64,000 nt of DNA from a virus: positions 19,838 through 83,837 of the IMG/VR virus record IMGVR_UViG_3300032220_000872. One strand, written 5' to 3'. The notes under the pieces are model-generated. The model was not told the origin of the DNA. It made no database searches and saw only the letters and a program-made list of their open reading frames with translations. Made by a program: the position numbers and the translations under genes. Positions 1 to 12,000 of the stretch are shown piece by piece; positions within the stretch are counted from its first letter, which is position 1, and every line of letters begins with the position of its first letter.

Positions 1-3000
1 GCAAGATGTTCTATTACAATGGTGCCACGTGGCAAGAAGCACAAGCAAAAAACACAGTGAACCAAGCACCTCTGTTTGATGTGTTTGATGATGAAGGTGA
101 AAGTTTTTCTAATGCAGCAAAATACTTCAGTACGAATTTTTTAGGCAACAAAGTTTTCAGTTATAGAGTGGGCACAGGCACAGCAGACACAGAATTAGGA
201 TTTGCACTTTCTTACAGGAACGTGAACAATGTGGGTGACATTGTGTATGATTTCAATCTTCTCAAAGATTCATTCAGCTATCAGTTGGAGAATGAAATAG
301 TAGATCAATCCACAGACGTGGGATTTTTAAAACAATACAGTGATAGAACCACGTTTGAAAATGTGCATGGATGGACCAAAGCCAAAAGTTTCAGCAAACA
401 AATGGTGATAAGACAATATCTTGGTTCTGAACAAACCAATGATTTTGCAGTGGATGTGTATGATCGCAGTGGCACATTAAGTGATTTAATTTTAAAAGTT
501 TATGTGGATAATAAACTGTTGAATGCCAGCAATTATGAAACAGTCAGCATCAATGACATATTATATGTGCAGTTGGATCTAGATCTTAACAGCGATCAGA
601 GTATTATTTTAAAAACACACAGCAGTGCTGTGAAAAATTCAAATGGATATTATGAAATCCCCATCAATTTAGAGAGCAATCCATTGAATGCCAATCTCAA
701 TGATTTTACTTTTGGAGAAGTAGTCAATCATGTGGACAGCATCATTGAACAACTGGATTCTTTTGTGGGTATCAACCCAGGTGCAAATAATTTGAGAGAT
801 TTGGGCAATCTTACTGCTTACGGAACCAAGTTCGTACAACACAGTGCTCCTATAAATCTTGCTCTATATCATATCACAGAAAAACAAAACAATGTGATCA
901 AGTCTGTGGCATTTGCTCAAAAGGAATACGACAAATTCAAAAAAACATTCTTACAAGTGGCAGAAAATTCAGGATTCAGCGGCACCACACGTGAGCACGT
1001 GGATAAAATCATGCACATCATCAACGAAGACAAAAACAACAACATGCCATTCTATTTCAGCGATATGATTCCTTATGGTGCTGCTAAAAAATTATCTTTC
1101 ACTGTGTTTGATGACAGCAACATATATTTTGCTTTGAGTCGAGGATTCAGCATGAGCACGTTGAGTACCAAAGCAGTACAAGTGTATTTGAATGGTGAAC
1201 AATTGTATCACGGCATTGATTACACATTCAACACAGATGGTTTTTGCGTAATTTCTAAAGCATTGGTTGTGAATGATGTGGTGGAGATATTTGAATATGA
1301 AAGCACAGTTGGTAATCATGTACCACCCACTCCTACCAAGTTGGGTTTATATCCCAAATACAAACCTGAAATCTACACAGACAACACACTATTAGATCCA
1401 GTGGAAGTAATACAAGGTCATGACGGCAGCATCATGGTGGCTTATGATGATTACAGAGATGATCTATTATTGGAATTAGAAAAAAGAATCTACAACAACA
1501 TAAAAATTTCATATGATAAAGACATAAGAAACATTTTTGACTTTGTTCCAGGTGAAAACAGAAATACTGGATACAACATAAACAACATTAATCAATCCAT
1601 GTCTGCTGATTTCATTAGATGGAACAGCATGGCTGGCACATTGGATTACACAGATAATTTTTTCTATGATAGCGCAGACAATTTCACATACAATCATTCT
1701 CACATGCTGTCATTTGCTGGCACACCATTACCAGGATTTTGGAGAGCCATTTACAAACAAGCCTATGACACAGATAGACCACACAGTCATCCTTGGGAGA
1801 TGTTGGGCTTCAGCGAGCAGCCCACTTGGTGGAACCAAGTGTATGGTCCAGCACCATACACACGTGACAACTTGATTCTTTGGGAAGACCTTCAGGCTGG
1901 TGTGATTAGAGAACCAGGCAAAAAATTAGTGTATGACAGCAGATACAAACGCACTGATTTATTAAAACACTTACCAGTGGATGAAGATGGAGCATTGCTG
2001 AGCCCCATTAACAGCAATTATGCTAAAAATTTAATAATAACATTGTCTGACGACCAATTCAAATATGGTGATCAAGCACCAGTAGAGACTGCTTGGAGAC
2101 GCAGTTCTAACTATCCTTTTGCTCTATTAAAATCCATGCTGTTGAATAGACCTGCTCACACCATGGGTGTAAATTTTGATGCCAGCAGAATACAAAAAAA
2201 TATTGCAGATGAAATTGTATACACTGACACTAAAAAAAGAATCACACTGTCTGATCTAGCATTTCCCAACAGCAGAACTGATGAAAATTTGATATTAACT
2301 TCTGGTTTGATCAATTACGTTTCCAATTATATCAAAACTGATGTGTTGAGCAATTACACAGATTATCAAACTGCTCTAAAAGGATTAACTCAACAATTGG
2401 GCTTTAAAGTGAAAGGGTTCACTGAAAAAGAAAAATTTAAACTGTTATTGGACAGCAGATCACCTTTGAACAAAAGCAATGTGTTCGTGCCGGATGAAAA
2501 CTATGACATACATTTAAACACCAGTTCACCCATTGATGTTTTGGTGTACAGTGGTGTGATAGTGGAAAAATTACCTGCAGGATTCCTTGTTAAAGGATAT
2601 GATCTAACATCTCCTCAATTTAAATATTTTGCTCCATTGCGAAAACAAGATGATCCTGTGAAACGAGTAGGTGGAGTGAGCCAATCGTTTATTAAATGGA
2701 TCAGTGATAAAGTTTACACTGCTGGACAAATTGTGCAGTATCAAAATCAATTCTATCAAACAAAAATAGATCACCTTAGTGCAAGTAAATTTGACGTGAC
2801 CAAGTTCACCAAATTGGTTTCATTGCCTATGGAAGGTGGAGTCACGGCTGTGTTCAGTAGAAATTTTGAAAAAACTACCAGCGTGATGAATTATGGCACA
2901 GTGCTGCCCACTCAGCAAGAAGTGGTGGATTTTATTTTGGGTTATGCCAAGTATCTTGAATCCAAAGGATTTGTGTTTGATAATTTCAATAGAGACATCA

Positions 3001-6000
3001 ACACTGTGGAAAATTGGAACTTGAGTGCTCAAGAATTCATGTTCTGGACCACACAAAACTGGAAAGAAGGAGCAGTGTTGAGCATGAGTCCCAGCGCCAA
3101 CAAACTGAAACTGCAAACATCTTATTCCACAGCAGACAATGTATTTGATAATTTTTATGACTATGCTGTGTTGAAAGCAGATGGCACAAAAATAGCCAGA
3201 GACAAATTGAGTGTAGTGCGTCAAAACAATGATTTTACATTGAGTGTAAAAAACACCAGTGATGGCATATATTTTGTTAAGATTCCGTTGATACAAAAAG
3301 AACATGTGGTTTTGATTGATAATGTCACAGTGTTCAATGACGTGATCTATGATCAAGCGCCAGGCTACAGACAAGACAGAATCAAAGTTATAGGTTATGT
3401 AGTGAGTGACTGGAACGGTTCTTTAAACATACCAGGATTTGTGTATGACGAAGTAAAAATTAGAGAATGGCAAGCATTCACAGATTACAATATGAGTGAC
3501 GTGGTCAAATACAAACAATTTTATTACAGTGCCAACGATCATATCACAGGCAGCAGCACTTTCAAAGATAGTGAATGGAGTCAACTAACAGAGAAACCAG
3601 TATCATCTCTCAAACCCAACTTTGAATACAAAACCAATCAGTTTGGAGATTTTTATGATTTGGACACAGATAATTTTGATGTGGAGCAGCAAAAACTTGC
3701 TCAACATTTGATAGGATATCAAAAGAGAGAATATTTGCAGAATATCATCAATGATGATGTGGCACAGTACAAATTCTATCAAGGATTTTTACAGGACAAA
3801 GGCACCAAGAATGCTTTGGAAAAATTATTCAATTCATTGGCCAGTGCCAATAAAGACAGCATTGAATTCTATGAAGAATGGGCCATTAGAACCGGACAAT
3901 ATGGAGCAGCCAAAGGTTTTGATGAAGTGGAATATCTTTTGGACGAAACACAATTCAAATTGAATCCTCAGCCAATCGCATTGACTAATTCACCCAATCC
4001 TACTGATCCTGATTTTGTTTATAGAATCAAATCAGACCAGACTTATTTGACATCAGAAAATTACACGCATAATCCTTTTCCATTGAAAACCAACAGCGAA
4101 GAATATATTAAAACAGCAGGTTTTGTGGATCCAGCAGATGTAAATTTTGTGCTGAAGAACTATGATGAAATATTAAACATTAACACTGCTGAATTAAAAT
4201 TTGATCAGTATGTTTGGATTGGATTCTATAAACAGAGCTGGCAGGTATACAAACACGTCAAAACAGAATATAAAGTATTAACAGTGTCTGAAGCCAACAA
4301 CTTGGTCACTGTGACCACAAATTTATATTCCAATGTCAATGTGGATGATATCATATCAGTGACTATTCCACAACAAAATTCTGTGCAATTATTCAAAGTA
4401 AAAAGTGTGGCATTGGATCAGATCGTATGTCACAAGAATGGCAACACAGTGCTCACTGCAAATGATGGATCTTCCTATGGATATTTGGGTAGATTTGTCA
4501 GCAACAAAATTGCAAATTTAGAATTGATTAATGTCAAAGCTTCTGAACAGCAAGGCTTCAAAGACAATGATTTGTTTTGGGTAGAAAACAACAATCAAGG
4601 CGATTGGGTCACATTAAAAAATAAAAAAGTATATGCACAGCATCAAGACATTGCCAACTTTAACACAGTTTCAGATGGAACTTATGGCACAGCAGTGGCA
4701 GTGGACAGCAGCAACAACATCATGGTGGTGTCAGATTTAAATCTAGGAATTTATGTGTACAAAAGAGAATCCGATGCAGGACAATTCACACTGAGACAAG
4801 TGATTGATCCACCACAAAACATATGGACCGGCACTGCTGATTTTGGAGCAGCACTGGACATCAGTCCTGATGGCAAATACATCGTTGTTGGTGCTCCCAA
4901 AGCATCCAATGTGAAAACCTATTACAAAGGAGCCTATAACTCCAGCACTGCTTACGATGTGGGTGATATTGTGCAGCACAATGAACAGTTATGGCAAGTG
5001 TCAAATCCTGTGTTGGGCGCAGATCCTTCTGTGGATTTCACCACATTTGATGCTGCGAGTTTTTGGAGTGAAGCAGAATTTGATGTGAGTGAAAATGAAT
5101 ATCCTGTGATCAAACAGATGATCACGGGCAATTACACTTTTGTAGGTGTGGGCGCTGATCACATTTTAATCAGAGCCAGCACAGATCAATACAGAGGCAG
5201 TGCAGTGGGTGACACTTTAGTATTGTATTGGAACAATCTAACCACAGAATATCCCACAGGCAACACACCATTCAACGGCACAGCCACAGGCATTGACAAG
5301 ACATTCATTGATGGTGCTCATACCATACAGGAGAAAGTGGATGAAATCATCAGTATAGATTTGCTCATAATCACACCCACAGTGGGAGACACATTGAGCA
5401 CTGATGACGCAGTGGGCACAGTAAGTTACATCTTCACACAAGGAACACAAGCTATCATTTATTTGAGCAACGTGGAAGGCAATTTAGCAGATGCAGATCA
5501 GATTAGATTGGGACCTATTCCTGTGGGAGATTACGTTAGAGAAATCACAGAAGATTACGACAGTGTGGCCGGATGGTGGAAGATAGATGTGTCATCACCA
5601 GGCACAACTTCAGGCCAGACAGATAGCAAACGATCACTAGTGGTGAGAGACATCATCAAAGCAGGTGACCCACGCACAGCTTTCTTGTATTTCAATAGTT
5701 TAGACACACAACTATCACAATCAGTATTGCCAACTATTATCACACCTGCCAGTCAGTTAAGCATACTGACCTATGACAAACAATTCACTATTCCAGGTTA
5801 CAGTGCATTCACAGGCACCATTGACGACAACAGATATTTGATCAGAGCACCCAAAGCAATGAGTGATGTGCTGCCCACTGCTACCTATGATGAAGTGGGA
5901 GTTTGGTTCAACACCATACAGACAGGAGCTCCTCTATCGGTAATAGAACCCACTGCTTTGGATCTACCTTTTGAAGATCTCAATGGTGTGAAAGAAATAA

Positions 6001-9000
6001 TTGATGTATGGAATGGTTTTTTAAGAGTGCTGGCACAGCCAGATGGTTTGGGAACATTCTATGTGCCCACAGTGGGTGACACAGTGCAGGATGATGCCAC
6101 AGGCAGTCAAGCAGAAGTTACCTATGTTAAAGTGGTGGGCTTTAATATATTACAGATTTATGTCAAAAATAAAACTGGATCTTTCAGTGCGGGTACTGAC
6201 TTTGGTGCTCCGGTTAATTTGACTTTGATTGGCACACCCAATAGAACTGTGGGAGTGATTCAACGCAGTGAATTGGAAGACTCAGTGGTGGGCTCTTTGT
6301 TTGTGTTTGATCATGGATCTGCTCTGGCTCCTACCAGCAGCAGTGCTTATCATTATTTGAACGGATTGGAATACTATTTGTATCAAGATATCACTCAAGA
6401 TGGAGTGAGTAGATCAGCCAGTGTGCCATCATCTGTGAATAGAGATTACACACAAGTGTTCAATATACCTGCGGGACTGGGATATCCGTCAGCATTCACC
6501 AATCAAGGATTGTTTTTGGTGTATGAACGTTTGACCAATGGCAATTATGTTTTGAACAGTTCTTACACTGTGCCAGAACAAGACAACAACACACAATTAG
6601 GATCAAAAATTATCCTTAGACAGAAAGACGCAGTGACCACTCTGTATGTCAGCAGCACTGTAACTGTTACAGATTCAGGCAAAATTTATTTCATTAAAAA
6701 ATCTAGCACACAAAATTGGCATCTCAGTGTGGATCCTCATTACACAGGATTGTTTGATCCAAGCAGAGTGTACTACACCAATGACTTGGTGGCCTACAAT
6801 GACGTGATATTCAAAAGTTTAACCAATCAAGGACCTGGTGCTTTCATTGCTACGTTTTGGGAAGAACAACCAGAAGGCATAGACTATTTGGGTTTTGTGC
6901 CTCACAATCCTACAGACGATTCTACTCCCACATTGATGGGAGACAGCACAGTCAACATCAATCAGTTGCAAAATTTTGGATACACATTTGATGTGAATGA
7001 TTCAGGATCAGTGTTGGCAGTGTCTGTGATAGATTTTATTGACAGCAGCACACCTACTCAAAACAAAGTGGTGGTGTATAGATTGGTATCAGGCAGATAT
7101 CAGTATTCACAAACATTAACTTCACCAGACAGTGGTGAAGACAACACAGAATTTGCCAATAGAGTGGCCATCAGCGGTGACGGAATGTTCATTGCTGTGG
7201 GCAGTCCACAAGCAGATCAAGTAACCACAGATGCCGGAGTGGTGTATGTGTTCAAACAAGTGAACGGAGTGTATGTGAACACTCAAACACTCACCAGTCC
7301 ACAACCTCAAACCACAGAAAAATTTGGAACCAATTTAGATTTCGACGGTGACACATTAATTATTTCCAGCCTTAATGGTGATATGGAGATTAATTTTTCT
7401 TTGGACAACAATGTCACATATTTTGATGCAGGAGCTACCACATTCAATAGCAAAATATTAGACACTGGCTCTGTGTATGTGTATGAAAATTACAATGATG
7501 TGATGATATATGCTGATGAATTCAGTGTGAACGATCAGGATCTTACAAATTTTGGAAAAAATGTTAAAATTGTGGACAATCATGTGTATGTTTCGTTGCC
7601 TAACTATTTGAACAACATTGGTTCTCCCATGACAGAGGGATTAATTTTTAATTTTAGAAAACCTCATCAGAGCAAAACTTGGACAGCACACAAGAGTCCT
7701 ATAGGAGCTGTTGATATCAGCAAAATCAAAGAAATATTTTTATACAACACAAAAAATAAAAAATTATTGCAGAGATTGGATTATATTGATCCTGTGCAAG
7801 GTAAAATTGCTGGCATAGCTGAGCAAGAATTGTATTATAAAACATCATACGATCCTGCTGTTTATTCCATAGGCACTGCTGGATTGAGTGCGGATGCTAA
7901 AAACAGTTGGGGTTCAGAACAAGTGGGTAGATTGTGGTGGGATCTCAGCACAGTGAAGTTTTATCTAGCCAATCAGAACAATATTATATTTGCTACCAAT
8001 TATTGGAATAAAATATTTCCAGGCTCTTCAGTGGACGTGTATGAATGGGTAGAATCCAAATACTTGCCACAAGAATGGAATACTCTATCACAAAACAACA
8101 CACTAGCTGCTGTGAGTGCAGGTATCAGTGGCACAACCAAATACAACAATTCAGTGTATGTGGTCAAACAAGTGTATGATTTTATTTCCAATAGTTTCAG
8201 CAACAAATATTACTATTGGGTCAAAAATAAAAAGACATTACCCAATGTAGAAGGTAGAAAATTAAATGCCTATGATGTGTCTAGATTGATTGAAGATCCT
8301 CGCAAACAATCTTATAGATTTGTGGCATTGTTGTCCACCAATCAATTTGCTGTGAATAATGTGAGTACTCTGTTGGAAAACAAAGATGTGGCAATTAATT
8401 TTAAAGTGTGGACCATTGCAAATCAAAACATTAATATTCACAACGAATATCAGTTGATCAGCGACGGCGTTAGTTACAGTAGACCTAAAACTGAAATAGA
8501 ATCAGTATGGTTCAACAGTTTAATAGGATATGATGAACAGTTTAGACCAGTGCCAGACGAAAATCTCAGTGCCAAATACAGATACGGCACACTGAGAAAA
8601 CCTCGTCAAGGATGGTTTGTGAATCGCATTGAAGCACTCAAACAAGTGATAGAGAGAATAAACTCCATTTGCAAAAAAAATCTAATTGCTTATACCTATG
8701 ACATCAGCAGACTGTCTGAATTGGAAGATGCTCCCAGCACTATTACCAGATTGTATGATTTGACTAAAGACACATTTGCTGATCTAGCTTTTGTGGGCAC
8801 TGCCAATGTGGAACAAGCAGTGTTGAACCCTATAATTGTGGAAGGCAAAATAGTTGATGTGTTTATTGCTAATCCTGGCAGAGGTTACAGAGTGGTTCCC
8901 ACTTACAAAATCACTGATCCTAACCAATCTGGCTCTGGTGCAGAATTTACTCTAGAAATTAACTTGTCAGGACAGATCACATCAGTCACAGTGAACAAAC

Positions 9001-12000
9001 AAGGCAACAATTACAGTACCAACACAAGAATTGAAGTGAGAAAATTCAGTGTGCTGATACAGTCAGATTCTGTGATCAATGGCAAATGGTCTGTGCATAG
9101 TTGGGATGATGCAGCAGAAGAATGGCAACGTATATTATCACAAAGTTACAACGTGAATCAGTATTGGAATTATGTGGATTGGTATATGGACGGTTACAAT
9201 CAATTCACCGAAATAGATCACAACATATCAGACAGTTATAAATTGCAATTGCTGGATGATGACATAGGCGATATTGTAAAAATTGAAACTGTAGGCACTG
9301 GAGGCTGGTTGTTGCTGGAAAAAATAGACAATCAAGAAAATGTGGACTACACAATCAATTACAAAACCATAGGTAGACAGAATGGAACTATTCAATTCTC
9401 ATCAGCATTGTATAATTTTGCTCAATCCACTGTGGGATTCAACAGTACCAGTTATGACGTGTCGATCTATGACAATCAACCTATCACAGAGACCAGAATC
9501 ATATTGGAGACCATAAGAGATTACATTTTTGTGGACGAGTTGGAAACTGAGTACAATCAATTATTTTTTGCCAGTTTGCGATATGTATTTTCTGAACAAT
9601 CTTCAGTGGACTGGGCATTTAAAACTAGTTTTGTCAAAGGCAAACACAATGTGGGAGAATTATTGCAAAAAACATTGTATAGAAATGACAATTTAGAAAA
9701 TTATCAAGATTATATTGACGAAGTTAAACCTTACAAAACTAAAGTGAGAGAATATATCAGTGCTTATGAATCCATTGACAATTCTTCCACCAGTGTGACA
9801 GACTTTGATTTACCGGCCACTTATAATCCTGTAACCAAAAAAATCGAAGTAAGTTATGCCAAAGTGATCAACAATCAGATTGTGGGATCTAATCTTACTG
9901 ATGCTTATCCTAACAAACACTGGTTGGATCATGTGGGATTTAAAATAACAGAAATTAAAATTTTCAACGGTGGAAGTGGATATTTGGGTATTCCAGTGAT
10001 CACTATCACAGGTGGTGGTGGCACAGGAGCCACAGCTCAAGCATTTGTGACCAACGGCAGAGTGACCAAAATTAAATTGATCAATCAAGGTAGTGGGTAC
10101 GTTTCTGCACCCACAGTGACCATACAAGGCACATTAAACACCAACGGTGTGCAAGCCAAAGCAGTAGCTATATTGGGAGATTCATTGGTTAAATCCACTC
10201 ACATCAGAGTTAAATTTGATAGAACCACAGGAACTTTGTTAATAACCAATTTGAACAGAACAGAAAATTTTGTGGGCACTGGCAACAGATTAAAATTTCA
10301 ATTGAAATGGCCTATCAATCTTAGATCCAACAAGATTTCAGTGACTGTGAATCAAAGAACAGCATTGTACAGTGAATATGTGTACAACAATGAAGAAAAC
10401 AACAGTTTGTCATATTTGAGAAACAAAGGTTTTGTAACATTTAATCAGCCTCCAGCATTGGGCAGTGCAATTCAAATACAGTATGAAATAGATTCCAATG
10501 TGTTACAAACACAGGATAGAGTAAATCTACTGTATGAACCCACCACAGGACAGTTAGGTCAGGATCTGGCTCAATTGATTGATGGTATAGACTACGGTGG
10601 AGTAGAAGTGCGCAGTTTGGACTTTGGCGGTGGCACAGGTTGGGACGCAGAACCTTATTTCACCACCACTTGGGATACCTATGACACCACATATGAAGAT
10701 GAAGTGTTCAGATTGGATGGCAGCACCAATACTTTTGTTTTGAGTCAACCATTGGCATCAGGAGTCAATTATAACATTTACAAAAACGGCGTAAGAATAG
10801 ACGATCCTAACTATGGCACACCTCAACCAGTGACCAATCCTAATGCGCTGATGAAAACTATTGTGGGTGATGGCAGTACCACCGTGATACAGATTGACGA
10901 GCAAGTGATAACCACAGTGGCCAATGATTTAATTGTGATACGCAAATCCACCAGTGATGGCAGTTTCTTACCTGATCCAGATGCTTACGACACATTATTG
11001 TCAGGTGGTAACTTGGCCTACAGCACAGCAACAGGAATTTTAGCACAGGACATCATTGTGGATGGTGATGGGTTTGTGACACCTACCACCAGCAAAGGAC
11101 CAGAAGAGTTGGTTCCTGGACAGGTTTTAGACACAGTGGACATACAGGTGTATGACAGATCAGGTGAAACTGGTAGCAGAATCAACAGTTACAACTACAA
11201 AGGTGATGGCAGCACGGCTGTGTTTGCTATAGACTCATTGCCACAAAGTCAAGAAGGTGTGTTTGTCAAAGTGAACAATCAGATATTGGATAATTCAGCA
11301 TTCACCACAAACTTTGCCAACAAAACAGTGGTATTAAACAGTGTGCCAGCCAACAATACTCAAATCAATATCATCACTATGAGTATCAACGGTGAAAAAA
11401 TTGTGGACACAGATGTGTTCACTGGTGATGGCAGCACATTTATATTTGTGACCAGAGCTGTGTATGACGTTAATCAAATTTCTTACGTCAAAGTAAATGG
11501 ACAATTTGCAACTTATGTTACAGAGGCTACTGACAGTGGTTATCAGTATGTGAATAGAACATTGATAAAATTTGCAGTGCCTCCAGCAGTGGGCAGCGTG
11601 ATCACTTATGTGATCTACAACAGCACTAGCAAATCATTCAGTGAAGTGACTTATGATGATTTCACTGGTGATGGCAGTACTGCTGTGTTTGCACTGAGTA
11701 CAACTCCTTTCAATCAAGAACCACTCACACACAATGTGATAGTGAAAGTGGGCAATAATATATTGAATGCTGGCTACAACGAAAGATTTAATGTTACTGC
11801 TTTGAGAGAATATGCTCTCAACAGTTGGCAACAACCTTTTGGCACAGTGTTGTACACAGATGTGCGAGTATTTTTAAACGGAGTAGAACTAGTCAGTCCT
11901 CAGTACACATGGAACAGTCCTAACAGCAGCGTGATTCTAGAAGCTGGTGTGGGCACAGTGGGTGATGTTTTAAAAGTGTATGTGATTTCAGATGGAGACT

